64,000 nt of DNA from Candidatus Limnocylindria bacterium (GCA_038328565.1 JBBQMC010000001.1:4237-68236); one strand, 5' to 3'. Shown: positions 23,855 to 33,732, numbered from the stretch's first letter. Numbers and translations are program-made. The notes: generated by a model not told the origin, from the letters alone.

Positions 23855-24316
23855 ATGCCCGACGAGACGATCGCCGTCAACCGGCGCGCGCGACACGAGT
23901 ACGCCATCGAGGAGACGCTCGAGGCGGGCATCGTGCTGACCGGGACCGAGATCAAGTCGATCCGTGCCCACCGCGTCAACCTGGCCGAGGCCTATGCGCG
24001 CATCGAGCGTGGCGAGGCCTGGCTTGTGGGCGCCCACATCGCGACGTACGCGCAGGGCAACCGCTGGAACCACGAGCCGACGCGGACGCGAAAGCTGCTG
24101 CTCCATCGGGACCAGATCACCGAGCTCATCGGGTTGACGAACCAGAAGGGCCTCACCCTGGTTCCGCTGCGCCTCTACATCCGCAGCGGCAACGCGAAGC
24201 TCGAGATCGGGGTCGCGCGCGGCAAGAAGGCGCACGACAAGCGACGCACCATCGCCGAGCGCGATATGCGCCGCGAGCTCCAGCGCGAGGTCAAGAACGC
24301 GCGCATCAAGCTCTGA
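23855..24316 (+). CDS. smpB: SsrA-binding protein SmpB
   Basis: 153 aa with NRRARHEYAIEETLEAGIVLTGTEIKSIR and LLLHRDQI. Lies immediately upstream of the tmRNA gene. Confidence 0.95.
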   Translation: MPDETIAVNRRARHEYAIEETLEAGIVLTGTEIKSIRAHRVNLAEAYARIERGEAWLVGAHIATYAQGNRWNHEPTRTRKLLLHRDQITELIGLTNQKGLTLVPLRLYIRSGNAKLEIGVARGKKAHDKRRTIAERDMRRELQREVKNARIKL

Positions 24317-24418
24317 GCCGGCAGGCGCGCCGGCGTTGCTGCACGTACGCACCACCAGATAGAACGGCTGTTCCCTTCGCCAGAGGGCTGTGGTAGAATC
24401 CGCGGCGTATCGGTCCGT

Positions 24419-24783
24419 GGGGATGTCAGGTTTCGACAGGGCTCAGGGACCGGGAATCGCAAGCCGAGGCGCCCTCGGGCCTCGTAAAAAGAGGGCACCA
24501 AAAGTAACTGGCAACAAGCCCAGCTACGCCTTCGCTGCTTAGGCAGTGAACATCGACGCCGTCTCCCCTCCCCGGACGGCGAAGATGTCATCAGGGGAGG
24601 TGCGGCGTTGCCGACTCCGGTGAGTGACGTCAAAGCGGCTCGCAAGGCCTACCGGATAGCCAGTGAGGCACCCCGCCGGTTGGGGGCCCGCGACGCGAAA
24701 TGCAAGTAAGCCGGAAACGCTTGTAGGAAGTTCCCGGCGACTAGGTTCTGGACGGGGAGTTCGATTCTCCCCCATCTCCACCA
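24419..24783 (+). ncRNA. ssrA: tmRNA (SsrA), one-piece
   Basis: 5' GGGGATGTCAGGTTTCGACAGGG and 3' GGACGGGGAGTTCGATTCTCCCCCATCTCCACCA. The acceptor stem GGGGATG/CATCTCC includes the G3:U pair. The tag reading frame GGC AAC AAG CCC AGC TAC GCC TTC GCT GCT TAG (24510-24542) encodes GNKPSYAFAA. Confidence 0.93.
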
Positions 24784-24926
24784 TTCATCATCGACGGCGG
24801 TCACGAGCACGTGGCCGCCGTTCGGGTGTCTAGGCATCGGTTCCTTCGGGTGCTACCCTCGCCCGCAGCGCGGCCCGACCGGTCTCATCGATCCCGTCGT
24901 TCACGAGGGGCCGCCGAAGGAGGCGT

Positions 24927-25502
24927 ATGAACTTCAGCAGTCTCTCGTCCAACGAAAAGCTCGCGGTCTACGGCTCGATCGCCGTCATCGTCGGGGCCAT
25001 CGTCGGCGGCACCGTATCAGCACTCGGGTGGCTCGCCCTGCTCGCCGCCCTCGCGATGCTGGCGGTCGTCTTCATGCCACAGTTCTCGCCGACGACGAAG
25101 CTGCCCGGATCCAAGGGCTCGCTCATGCTCGTCTGCGGTGGCGTCGCCGCCATCGTGGTCGTCCTCGGCCTCCTATCGATCCTTGGGCTGCTCAGCTACT
25201 ACTTCCAGCTGCTCCCGCTCAACGCCATCTTCTTCCTCATCGCCGTGGTCGGCGCGATCGTGATGGGTTGGGCAGGCTGGCAGGAGTTCCAGGCCGAGGG
25301 CGGCAAGTTCCAGCTCGGAGCGAGCACCGCCGCGCCGGCAGCACCGGCGAATCCACAGGCCCCGAGCGCGCCGGCAGCTCCGAGCGCGCCGGCAGCTCCC
25401 AGCGCGCCGGCAGCTCCCGGCGCGCCGGCATCATCCGAACCGATGCCTCCCGCCGCGCCTCCTGCGGCACCGTCGGATCCCGACGACTCGATGCCCTCCT
25501 AG
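24927..25502 (+). CDS. Hypothetical 4-TM membrane protein with Pro/Ala-repeat tail
   Basis: 191 aa. Strong RBS GAAGGAGG lies 2-3 nt before ATG 24927. Four hydrophobic segments, then (APSAPA)n. Confidence 0.65.
   Translation: MNFSSLSSNEKLAVYGSIAVIVGAIVGGTVSALGWLALLAALAMLAVVFMPQFSPTTKLPGSKGSLMLVCGGVAAIVVVLGLLSILGLLSYYFQLLPLNAIFFLIAVVGAIVMGWAGWQEFQAEGGKFQLGASTAAPAAPANPQAPSAPAAPSAPAAPSAPAAPGAPASSEPMPPAAPPAAPSDPDDSMPS
25364..25430 (+). repeat. 18-bp tandem repeat, about 3.7 copies (GAGCGCGCCGGCAGCTCC)
   Basis: Direct tandem copies at 25364, 25382 and 25400, plus a partial copy at 25418. They encode APSAPAAPSAPAAPSAPAAPGAP. Confidence 0.85.
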
Positions 25503-25520
25503 ACAAGCACCCACAGCGGC

Positions 25521-25994
25521 TCACCTGCCGCGCAGCAACCTGTAGCGTGTGACGAGCAGGTCGACCGAATCGACCTGCTCGTTCTCGTTGCCGCGGATGG
25601 CCGTCGTCGCGGCCGTCAGCCGGCGCACGACCACGTCCTCCGCGAGGCCATCGTCGATCGCGTCGACGGCGTCGGCGAGCAGTCGGTCGATCAGCACGGC
25701 ACCGATGGCGGCGGACCCGCTGCTGCCGGCGAGCCAGCGGACCGCCGAGGCGAGGTCCTCCTGGGTCGCCTCGAGCTCTGGAGGCGGGTCGGAGAGCGAC
25801 TCCTCGAACCACGCGATCACGGCGGCCAGCAGCTCGACCGCGTCGAAGGGGCGGCCGACGAGCAGGGTTCCGTCCGGGGCGAGATAGGCAACGACGTACC
25901 CGTCGGCCTCGCGCGCGAGGCCGACGCAGGCGCGCTCGCCCGCATGGGGCAACCTGCCCACCGCGGCCATGGCCACGCGCCGCCCCTCCACCAC
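25521..25994 (-). CDS. Hypothetical protein (157 aa)
   Basis: ORF with genome-like composition. The opposite-strand ORF (25549..25887) is Ser/Thr-rich antisense-type sequence. No recognisable motifs. Confidence 0.5.
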   Translation of the reverse strand: MVEGRRVAMAAVGRLPHAGERACVGLAREADGYVVAYLAPDGTLLVGRPFDAVELLAAVIAWFEESLSDPPPELEATQEDLASAVRWLAGSSGSAAIGAVLIDRLLADAVDAIDDGLAEDVVVRRLTAATTAIRGNENEQVDSVDLLVTRYRLLRGR

Positions 25995-26023
25995 CCCTGA
26001 CGACCCGCCCTCCGGCGTTCGGA

Positions 26024-27124
26024 TCAGCGCGGTTCGAGCTGGTTGGCGGGCAGGATCACGATCCGCCGGTTGGGCTCCACGCCCACGCTCTGCGTTCGGA
26101 TCCGCGGATTCTCGACCAGCGCCATGTGGACGATCCGGCGCTCGACGGCGGGCATCGCCTCGAGCTGGATGATCTTCCCGGTCTGGAGGACGCGCTTCGC
26201 GGCCCGCTCGGCGACGTCGCGAAGCTGGTCCTCGCGCCGGCCGCGGTAGTTCTCGACGTCTACCATGATCCGGTGGTGCTGCGCCTCGCCACGCGCCACC
26301 ATCAGGTTGACGATGTGCTGGAGGCTGGCGAGCTTCTCGCCGCGCCGCCCGATCAGCACTCCGAGCCCATCGCCGGTGACGTTGAGCTTCGAGGCCTCGT
26401 TGCCCATCGCGATCTCGACGCCGCCGTTGATGCCCATGAGGCGCAGCAGCTCGGTGAGCACTGTCTTCCCGTCCTCGAGGACGGTCCGCTCCTCGTCCGA
26501 CAGCTCGGCGAGCGGCTTGGCGGGCACGAACGGGGCGGGCTCACGCGCCGGTCGGTCGCGATCACGATCACGGTCGCGCTCACGCGGCGCAGCGGCCGGA
26601 CGTTCCCGGCCGTTCCTGCCTCGCCCACCGCGGCGGCCACGGCGCCGATCGTCGTCGCGCTCCCCGCCGACCTCGTAGGCGGCGAGTTCCGTCGCCTGGT
26701 CATCCGCGTCCGCCACGCCGGCCGCGGCCGGTTCCGACGGCTCCTGCGGCTCGTCGTCGGGGGTCTCGGCCGCCTCCGGCTCGGGGGCAACCTCGGGCTC
26801 CTGGGTGACGCGCGACGCACGACCGCGACCTCGGCCGCGCGGCGCCGCGGCCGGTGCATCGGCCTCCGCGTCGGTATCGGCAGCGGGCGCCGGGCTCGCC
26901 GGCTCCGGTGCGGACGCCGCAGACGGGCGGACGCTCGGCGCTGCCGCCACGGCGTACTTCGGGGCGGCCAGGATGCGGGCCTCCTCGCCGCCGACCCCCA
27001 GGATGCCGCGGCTGCCCTGGGAGAGGATCTCGATGTCGAGGTCGGACAGGTCGGACGCGAATTCCTTCATCGCCGTCCTGATCGCTTCCTCGACGTTCTT
27101 GCCACTGAACTCTCTGAACGTCAT
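26024..27124 (-). CDS. jag: Jag/SpoIIIJ-associated RNA-binding protein (KH + R3H) with a long disordered insert
   Basis: Has the N-terminal Jag_N style (GKNVEEAIRTAMKEF), a C-terminal KH/R3H region (IVNLMVAR, AVERRIVHMAL), and about 190 aa of low-complexity insert. ATGA overlap with yidC. Confidence 0.88.
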   Translation of the reverse strand: MTFREFSGKNVEEAIRTAMKEFASDLSDLDIEILSQGSRGILGVGGEEARILAAPKYAVAAAPSVRPSAASAPEPASPAPAADTDAEADAPAAAPRGRGRGRASRVTQEPEVAPEPEAAETPDDEPQEPSEPAAAGVADADDQATELAAYEVGGERDDDRRRGRRGGRGRNGRERPAAAPRERDRDRDRDRPAREPAPFVPAKPLAELSDEERTVLEDGKTVLTELLRLMGINGGVEIAMGNEASKLNVTGDGLGVLIGRRGEKLASLQHIVNLMVARGEAQHHRIMVDVENYRGRREDQLRDVAERAAKRVLQTGKIIQLEAMPAVERRIVHMALVENPRIRTQSVGVEPNRRIVILPANQLEPR

Positions 27125-28272
27125 CGCTTTCGGCCTCGTCGTTTGCCGCCCTTGCGAACCGGGTGCTGCCCGGCCTGCGGAGGGCGAGGGGTGGAGGGTC
27201 GAGGCGTGGCGGCCGAGCGGTCGCCATCGGTTCCCTGGTCGCGCGTCGCGTCCGAATCTTCGTCGCGCCGGCGCGGCCGGGGGGTTGGCTCAACGGTCGC
27301 GGGCGCCCAGGCGGGCTGCCAGCCGAAGAGCGGGAAGAGGTTGCCCCAACCCATGATGAGGTACTGCTGCACGACCAGGAAGGCCGTGTAGACCAGGTAG
27401 TAGAGGATCAGACCGCTGGGGAAGATGCCGCCCCAGAAGACGGTCAGGAACGGGAACAGGTACGTCATGGTGCTCGTCGCGGCGGCCGTCGGATCGTCCG
27501 GGTTGGCGCGTGGCGACGTCATCCGCACCTGGATGAACTGGAGGATCGCGGTGAGCACCGCGATGAGTGACAGCCCGAAGCCGAGCCCCGGGATGATGAT
27601 CGCGAACACGTGGTCCGGCCGAGCGAGGTCGAGACCGCCCAGCCAGGCGACCTTCGTATTCACCGCCTGGAGCAGATGCAGGGGCTCGATGAGCTGGCAG
27701 TTGAGCGGCAGGAAGTGGCTGAACTCGGGGACCTGGAACTGCTGGAGCGTGCAGCTGCCGCTGACCGGCGCGTTGAACTGGGTCGTCGAGCTGGCCACGG
27801 GCACGATGCCCGGCAGCGCCGCCTTGAGCTGGGTGAACGTGTCGGTCGCGACCTGCTGGGTGGTGAGGGTCACGACGTTGGAGGCGCGAATGAGCGCCTG
27901 GTACAGGGCGAGCAGGAACGGCAGCTGGATGAGGAGCGGCAGGCAGCCGCCGAACTGGTTGACGCCGTGCTCGCGGTAGAGCGCCATAGTCTCCTCGGCG
28001 ATCTTCTGCCGGTTGCCCTTGTGCTTCCGCTGCAGCTCCCGCACGAGGGGCTGCATCCGCTGCATCTCCTTCTGCGAGCGGATCTGGGCGTTGAACAGCG
28101 GGGCGACGAGGAAGCGGATGACGATGGTGAAGACGATGATCGCGAGCGCGAAGTCGCTGAACAGGACCCTGTAGAGCGCGATCAGGAGGTTGAACAGCGG
28201 GAGGAAGAAGACATCCCAGGGCGGGGTGAAGTGCTCGATCCCGAGGAAGCCTGCGGCAAGGATGGGGGTCAC
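27121..28272 (-). CDS. yidC: Membrane protein insertase YidC (short, Gram-positive type) with basic C-terminal tail
   Basis: 383 aa with AIIVFTIVIRFLVAPL, GCLPLLIQLPFLLALY and a KGGKRRGRKR tail. Sits in the rpmH-rnpA-yidD-yidC-jag block. Confidence 0.93.
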   Translation of the reverse strand: MTPILAAGFLGIEHFTPPWDVFFLPLFNLLIALYRVLFSDFALAIIVFTIVIRFLVAPLFNAQIRSQKEMQRMQPLVRELQRKHKGNRQKIAEETMALYREHGVNQFGGCLPLLIQLPFLLALYQALIRASNVVTLTTQQVATDTFTQLKAALPGIVPVASSTTQFNAPVSGSCTLQQFQVPEFSHFLPLNCQLIEPLHLLQAVNTKVAWLGGLDLARPDHVFAIIIPGLGFGLSLIAVLTAILQFIQVRMTSPRANPDDPTAAATSTMTYLFPFLTVFWGGIFPSGLILYYLVYTAFLVVQQYLIMGWGNLFPLFGWQPAWAPATVEPTPRPRRRDEDSDATRDQGTDGDRSAATPRPSTPRPPQAGQHPVRKGGKRRGRKR

Positions 28273-28290
28273 GTTCGCGATCAGCCTCGG

Positions 28291-28497
28291 TTACTGCACG
28301 GGGTCGTAACCGCCCGGGTGGAGCGGGTTGCAGCGGGCGATGCGACGCATGCCCATGGCGGAGCCACGCAGCAGCCCGTAGCGCTCGATCGCCTCGTACG
28401 CGTAGTGCGAGCAACTCGGCGAGTAGCGACAGGTCGGCGGCATCCAGAAGGTGAGCTTCTGGTAGGCGATGATCAGTCCCAGCCCGATCTTCCTCAT
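28291..28497 (-). CDS. yidD: Membrane protein insertion efficiency factor YidD
   Basis: 68 aa with [19 protein letters not shown] and [14 protein letters not shown]. Confidence 0.93.
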   Translation of the reverse strand: MRKIGLGLIIAYQKLTFWMPPTCRYSPSCSHYAYEAIERYGLLRGSAMGMRRIARCNPLHPGGYDPVQ

Positions 28498-28829
28498 CTT
28501 CTCAAGTCCGAGCGCTCGAGGAGCGTCGCGAAGGCCGCGCGCAGCTCGGCATAGCCAACCGCGGCCGCCTCCGGCCGCGCGATCAGGAGGAGGTCCCAGC
28601 CTCCACCGATGAAGTCCAGCCGCTCCCGCGCGATCTCGCGCAGGCGCCGGCGTACCCGGTTCCGTACCACTGCTCCTCCGAGCGACCGGGGAGTGCTGAA
28701 GCCGATCCGCGCATCCGCGCGGTCGGTCCGCAGCCAGCGGAGGACGATCAGGCGATGCGACCGGGCCGTTCCGCTCCGCATCACGGCGTCGAAGTCGGCG
28801 CGCCGGCGGAGGGTGGCCAGCTTCGGCAC
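28494..28829 (-). CDS. rnpA: RNase P protein component
   Basis: GTG 28829 gives [30 protein letters not shown]. The 213-aa track ORF is an upstream over-extension into rpmH. ATGA overlap with yidD. Confidence 0.85.
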   Translation of the reverse strand: MPKLATLRRRADFDAVMRSGTARSHRLIVLRWLRTDRADARIGFSTPRSLGGAVVRNRVRRRLREIARERLDFIGGGWDLLLIARPEAAAVGYAELRAAFATLLERSDLRR

Positions 28830-28855
28830 GAGCCGAAGGGCGTCGGTCGCGCGCG

Positions 28856-28993
28856 TCAGACGGTCAGCCGCTTGCGTCCCTTCGCACGGCGACGCGCAAG
28901 CACCCTGCGACCACCCTTCGTTGCCATGCGCGCCATGAAGCCATGCTCCCGCTTGCGGGCACGGCGCTTGGGCTGGTAGGTCGCCTTTCCCAT
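28856..28993 (-). CDS. rpmH: 50S ribosomal protein L34
   Basis: ATG 28993 gives [45 protein letters not shown] (45 aa). Confidence 0.95.
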   Translation of the reverse strand: MGKATYQPKRRARKREHGFMARMATKGGRRVLARRRAKGRKRLTV

Positions 28994-29343
28994 GGGTCCG
29001 TGATCGTCCTCGTTGCGAGCTGGTCGGCCGGAGAGCGCGCGGCGCTCGAACTGCGAGTCGCGGCCGGCCGTGCCAGCCGCGGGCAGCGCCCACCGATGCC
29101 GTGTTGCGGTTCCTCGCGGATTGTACGGAGCGCACTCGCAGGGGTCAAACGTGGCGCATGATCGACGCGGCAGCGACGCCGGCACAGCGGGCGCCCGATT
29201 CCCTTGCCCCCGCCGAAACCGGGCTGCTACACTACCGCGACCCCGCGGACCGGAGGTCCTTCCGACACCGTTCCGGCCGCTCCCGCGGAGTGGTTATTCG
29301 ACCCATTTCGAGGCCCGCGTTGCGGGCGTGGAGACGGCTGTTG

Positions 29344-30684
29344 ATGGATGCGAAGCAGGTCTGGCGCGCCGTGTTGGGCGAGTTGCAGGTCAGCCTCTCG
29401 CCGGCGAACTTCGAGACCTGGCTGAAGGACACGCAGCTCGTCGAGATCGACGACAACCGCTTCCGGATCGCCGCGCCGAACGGCTTCGCACGCGATTGGC
29501 TCGACAATCGCTATCGCACCCTCATCAGCCAGACCCTGGCGCGCGTCGTCGGGGGATCGGTCCAGGTGGAGTTCGTCGTCGCCGACGCTCCCGGCCCGCT
29601 GCCCGACCAGGCGTCAGAGGAGACCCTCCAGCTTCCACCCCTCTCGGCCGGCGGCAACGCCCTCAACCTCAACGGGCGCTACATCTTCTCCAATTTCATC
29701 GTCGGCTCGGCCAACCGGCTCGCCCACGCCGCCGCGCTCAGCGTGGCCGAGCGACCGGGCCACGCCTACAACCCGCTCTTTCTCTACGGCGGGGTGGGCC
29801 TCGGCAAGACGCACCTCATGCACGCCATCGGCAACTCGGTGTCCGCCAAGTTCCCGCGCAAGCGCGTCCTCTACGCGTCGAGCGAGAAGTTCACGAACGA
29901 CTTCATCAACTCGATCCGCGAGCAGAAGATGGAGGACTTCCGGAACCGATATCGGCGCATCGATGTCCTCCTCATCGACGACATCCAGTTCATCGCCGAG
30001 CGCGAGCGGACCCAGGAGGAGTTCTTCCACACCTTCAACGCGATCCACGAGGCGGGGAAGCAGATCGTGCTCTCCTCCGATCGTCCGCCGAAGGCGATCA
30101 CGACCCTCGAGGAGCGGCTCCGCAGCAGGTTCGAGTGGGGCCTCATCGCCGACCTCACTCCGCCGGACCTCGAGACGCGCATCGCGATCCTGCGCAGCAA
30201 GGCGGAGGACCAGCTCGACCTCATCCCGCCGGACGTCATCGAGTTCATCGCGCGCAAGGTCGTGAGCAACGTGCGCGAGCTCGAGGGCGCCCTCAACCGG
30301 GTGATCGCCTACGCCAGCATGTCGGGCATGCCGATCAGCATCGAGCTCGCGTCGGCGGTCCTGTCGAACGTCATGTACAACCCGAAGAAGCGGTCGATCA
30401 CGCCGCAGCGCATCGTGCGCGCCGTGGCCGACTACTACGGGGTGAACCTCGACCTCCTGCGCAGCAGCAAGCGGGATCGCGCGATCGTCGTGCCGCGCCA
30501 GATCGCGATGTACCTCATGCGCGAGGAGACCGATATCAGCCTCCTCCGCATCGGTGCCGAGCTCGGCGGTCGCGACCATTCCACCGTGCTCCACGCCTAC
30601 GACAAGATCGCCCGCGAGCTCGGCGAGAACGACGAGATGCGGCGGGAGATCAACGCGGTGCGGGAGATGATCTACGCCGAATGA
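29344..30684 (+). CDS. dnaA: Chromosomal replication initiator DnaA
   Basis: In-frame ATG 29344 gives [29 protein letters not shown]. Has [15 protein letters not shown] (Walker A), LLIDDIQF and a domain IV HTH ([13 protein letters not shown]). Confidence 0.96.
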   Translation: MDAKQVWRAVLGELQVSLSPANFETWLKDTQLVEIDDNRFRIAAPNGFARDWLDNRYRTLISQTLARVVGGSVQVEFVVADAPGPLPDQASEETLQLPPLSAGGNALNLNGRYIFSNFIVGSANRLAHAAALSVAERPGHAYNPLFLYGGVGLGKTHLMHAIGNSVSAKFPRKRVLYASSEKFTNDFINSIREQKMEDFRNRYRRIDVLLIDDIQFIAERERTQEEFFHTFNAIHEAGKQIVLSSDRPPKAITTLEERLRSRFEWGLIADLTPPDLETRIAILRSKAEDQLDLIPPDVIEFIARKVVSNVRELEGALNRVIAYASMSGMPISIELASAVLSNVMYNPKKRSITPQRIVRAVADYYGVNLDLLRSSKRDRAIVVPRQIAMYLMREETDISLLRIGAELGGRDHSTVLHAYDKIARELGENDEMRREINAVREMIYAE

Positions 30685-31061
30685 CGCCTCGCCGCCGGCT
30701 CGCGAGAAAGGCGCCCGGTGGTACTTCCGGCTCCGTCGAGGTGGATAACTCCGGCCTTCTCGTGGATATCTGCGCCTCCATGTGGAGAAATGCGCGCCGC
30801 AACCGTTCCGCGGTTGGGAGCGCGTCCACAGCAGGCCGTCAGTTTCCCACCCTACCACGCCGCTCCGGGCACCACCTCGTCAACACGCGAAGCGCTCTGT
30901 TTCAGGCACGAATCGGGAGGATCTCCACGCCGTCCACACGCCTACTGGGACGGCGACGGATAGGAAGTATTCTTGAAGAAGAACCATTCGTAACCGTATC
31001 GCGCAGCCGGTGGATGTGGATCCATGCTGCCGCCCTGAGCTGGAGGCATCGGTAGATCGGC
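30685..31061. other. Candidate oriC: DnaA-box cluster plus AT-rich element in the dnaA-dnaN spacer
   Basis: Eight 9-mers within 0-2 mismatches of TT(A/G/C)TCCACA, written as the box-sense sequence. TTATCCACC (30740-48, rev), ATATCCACG (30761-69, rev), TTCTCCACA (30781-89, rev), GCGTCCACA (30822-30), ATCTCCACG (30921-29), CCGTCCACA (30930-38), ACATCCACC (31009-17, rev), GGATCCACA (31015-23, rev). A 40-nt stretch at 30961-31000 is only 15/40 G+C in a ~70% GC genome. Confidence 0.65.
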
Positions 31062-32192
31062 ATGAACGTCTCGGTGATGCAGGAGAACCTGGTGCGCGGC
31101 CTCGGGATCGTCAGCCGGGCGGTGAGCAGCCGGGCGACGCTGCCCGTGCTGGCGAACGTCCTCCTTCGCACCCAGGACGGCGGCCTGAAGCTGACGGCCA
31201 CGAACCTCGAGATCGGGATCAACTGCTGGGTGGCCGGCAAGGTGAGCGAGGAGGGCGAGATCACCGTCCCGGCCAAGCTCCTCACCGACCTCGTGGGCAG
31301 CTTCCCGAACCAGCGCATCGACCTCGTGCTCTCGCCGAAGGACACGACCCTCAAGGTCACCTGTGCCGGGAGCCGAAGCTCGATCAAGGGCATCGAGGCC
31401 GACGAGTTTCCCGTGGTGGCTGCGATCGGTGACGCGCCCGCCACGCGCGTCGACGCGCGGGCCCTCCGCGAGGCGTTGGGCGAAGTGGTCTTCGCGGCCG
31501 CCACGGACGAGAGCCGGCCAATCCTCACCGGCGTCCTGACCCGCCTCGCTGGCAGTCGGATGACGCTCGCAGCCGCCGACAACTACCGGATCGCGGTCCG
31601 CCACCTCGAGCTCGCAGCGCCGGTGAATGGGGAGGTGCTCATCGTCGTTCCGGGCCGCTCGTACGGGGAGCTGATGCGGATCCTGCCCGACTCCGAGGCG
31701 CCAGTGGAGATCACCGTCACGCCGAACAAGAGCCAGGTCCTCTTCCATGCGGAGGGGATCGATCTCGTCAGCCGGCTGATCGAGGGCCAGTTCCCGAACT
31801 ACGAGCCCGTCATCCCGACCGCCCACACGTCGCGCGCGGTCATCGATCGCGAGGCCTTCCTGGCGGGCGCGCGGCGGGCGAGCATTTTCGCGCGCGACAG
31901 CGCGAACATCGTGAAAATCGCCGTCGGCAGCGAGGAGGAGGACGCGTCGGCGGTCTCGATCTCGGCCCATGCCGCCGACATCGGCGACGCGGCAGACTCG
32001 CTCGATGCGACGGTCGAGGGCTCGCCCACGACGATCGCGTTCAACGCCCGTTACCTGATCGACGTGCTCAGCAACCTCGGTGCGGAAGAGGCGGCGCTCG
32101 AGCTGTCCGGACCCCTCGCGCCGGGCGTCATCCGCGGGATCGGCAAGGACGACTACGTGCACGTCATCATGCCGGTCCGCACCGCGTCCTGA
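31062..32192 (+). CDS. dnaN: DNA polymerase III beta sliding clamp
   Basis: 376 aa. MNVSVMQENLVRGLGIVSRAVSSRATLPVLANVLL and three-domain clamp length. Position after dnaA. Confidence 0.96.
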   Translation: MNVSVMQENLVRGLGIVSRAVSSRATLPVLANVLLRTQDGGLKLTATNLEIGINCWVAGKVSEEGEITVPAKLLTDLVGSFPNQRIDLVLSPKDTTLKVTCAGSRSSIKGIEADEFPVVAAIGDAPATRVDARALREALGEVVFAAATDESRPILTGVLTRLAGSRMTLAAADNYRIAVRHLELAAPVNGEVLIVVPGRSYGELMRILPDSEAPVEITVTPNKSQVLFHAEGIDLVSRLIEGQFPNYEPVIPTAHTSRAVIDREAFLAGARRASIFARDSANIVKIAVGSEEEDASAVSISAHAADIGDAADSLDATVEGSPTTIAFNARYLIDVLSNLGAEEAALELSGPLAPGVIRGIGKDDYVHVIMPVRTAS

Positions 32193-32226
32193 CGTCGCGC
32201 CGGCCGCACCGATGAGGGCCTGACCG

Positions 32227-33396
32227 ATGCGCCTGGCCCGCCTGACGCTCGAGCACTTCCGCAGCTACGCGAGCGCCGAGCTGCACCTCGAACCCGGCCT
32301 GACGATCGTCGCCGGCCCGAACGGGGCGGGCAAGACGAATCTCCTCGAGGCGATCGTGGTGGCGATCACGGGGCGCTCGCCGCGCGCCGCGGTCGAGACC
32401 GAGCTGGTGGAGCACGGCGCCCCCTACGCCCGCATCCGGCTCGACCTCGTCGACCCTGCCGGCGGCGATGGTGCGCGCGTCGAATCGGTCCTCCCGGGGG
32501 CGGAGCCGCCGGTCGGGCTTCGCAAGCGGATGAGCGTGAACGGCCTCGCCCGGCGCTCGTCATCGGTGGGGGAGGTCGTGCGCGCCGTCCTCTTCCGGCC
32601 TGAGGAGATGCTCCTCCTCGTCGGGTCGCCGGGCGAGCGGCGGCGGTTTCTCGATGCGATCCTCGCCCAGCGGGACCGCCGCGTGGCCCGCGACCTCGTG
32701 GAGCTCGCGCGCGTCCTCGCCCAGCGCAACGCCCTCCTGCGCGCCATCCGCCGCGAGGAGACCGGGGTCGACGGGATGGCGTTCTGGGACGAGCAGCTCG
32801 TCACGATCGGCGCGCGGGTGACCGCGGCGCGGCTCGCGCTCGTCGTCGAGCTCGATACGCGGATCGGGCCGCTTCACGATGCCGTCGCGCCCAACGACGA
32901 GCGCAGCGATGCCGTCGCGCTCGCCTACGCGGACTCGCTCAAGGATGCCTGGGACGGCCGCGAGGCCGGCGTCGCGGATGCCGGCACGCTGGAGGCCGCG
33001 TACCGCCGCCGCCTGGTGGACGTGCGGCAGAAGGAGCTGTGGAACGGCGTCTCGCTCATTGGGCCGCAGCGCGACGATCTCGTCGTGCGCCTCGGCGAGC
33101 GGACCGTCGCGGCTCATGCCAGCCGGGGCCAGCAGCGGACGATCATCCTCGCCCTCAAGCTCGCCGAGACGGACCTGCTCGGCGTCGACGGGCCGAGGCC
33201 GATCGTCCTGCTCGATGACCTCTTCAGCGAGTTGGACCCGGAGCGCTCGGAGCGGGCGCTGGCCCTCCTCGCCGACCGCGGCCAGGTGCTCGTCACCACC
33301 GCGGACCCGGAGGCGATCCCGCCCGCGCGTCGGGCGCGCGTGCCGGTCTGGCACGTCGGCGACGGTCGCCTCTCGCTCGCCCCGCGGGTCGCGTAG
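32227..33396 (+). CDS. recF: DNA replication and repair protein RecF
   Basis: 389 aa with GPNGAGKTNLLEA (Walker A), SRGQQRTIILALKLAE (signature) and VLLDDLFSELD (Walker B). Confidence 0.93.
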   Translation: MRLARLTLEHFRSYASAELHLEPGLTIVAGPNGAGKTNLLEAIVVAITGRSPRAAVETELVEHGAPYARIRLDLVDPAGGDGARVESVLPGAEPPVGLRKRMSVNGLARRSSSVGEVVRAVLFRPEEMLLLVGSPGERRRFLDAILAQRDRRVARDLVELARVLAQRNALLRAIRREETGVDGMAFWDEQLVTIGARVTAARLALVVELDTRIGPLHDAVAPNDERSDAVALAYADSLKDAWDGREAGVADAGTLEAAYRRRLVDVRQKELWNGVSLIGPQRDDLVVRLGERTVAAHASRGQQRTIILALKLAETDLLGVDGPRPIVLLDDLFSELDPERSERALALLADRGQVLVTTADPEAIPPARRARVPVWHVGDGRLSLAPRVA

Positions 33397-33399
33397 GCC

Positions 33400-33732
33400 A
33401 TGTCCCGCGAGGAGTCCGGCGCCGCCCTCCAGCGCGCGCTGCTGGCGTGCATCGGTCCCGGCGCCGCCGCAGAGATGGCCCAGGCCCAGGCGCGCCTGGC
33501 ATGGGACGAGGTGGTCGAGGAGGCCGGGCTGGCACGGGGCGGGATGCGGAGCCGCGTCACGAAGGTGGCGAACGGGATCGCCCAGGTCGAGGCATCGGAG
33601 CCGATCCTTGCCGCAGAGCTCCGGATGCGCGGCGAGGCCCTCGCGTGGGCCGTGAATCGCCGCATGGCGGGCCGCCCGGGGGCGACCATCGAGTTGCGCG
33701 GGGTGGCCGTTTCGGTGGGTCGCTGGGAGTGA
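33400..33732 (+). CDS. DUF721 (DciA-like) protein
   Basis: 110-aa ORF directly after recF, the conserved position of DUF721 in Actinobacteria. Its length and the central block VANGIAQVEASEPILAAELRMRGEAL fit the family. Confidence 0.7.
   Translation: MSREESGAALQRALLACIGPGAAAEMAQAQARLAWDEVVEEAGLARGGMRSRVTKVANGIAQVEASEPILAAELRMRGEALAWAVNRRMAGRPGATIELRGVAVSVGRWE

Noticed and set aside
21835-23979. 714-aa minus-strand ORF
   Set aside because: Antisense to ftsX and the S41 peptidase, with no motifs.
24784-26023. Genomic island or prophage integrated at ssrA
   Set aside because: No integrase, no recombinase, and no direct repeat of the tmRNA 3' end is visible. It is kept only as a low-interest note.
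26353-27293. Several 75-200-aa ORFs in alternative frames across jag
   Set aside because: They arise from the low-complexity, GC-rich insert of jag (Arg/Pro/Gly repeats) and have no independent signals.
29013-31055. 680-aa plus-strand ORF spanning dnaA in another frame, plus the 29101 upstream extension of dnaA
   Set aside because: The out-of-frame product is Arg/Pro-rich. The DnaA domain I consensus begins at ATG 29344.
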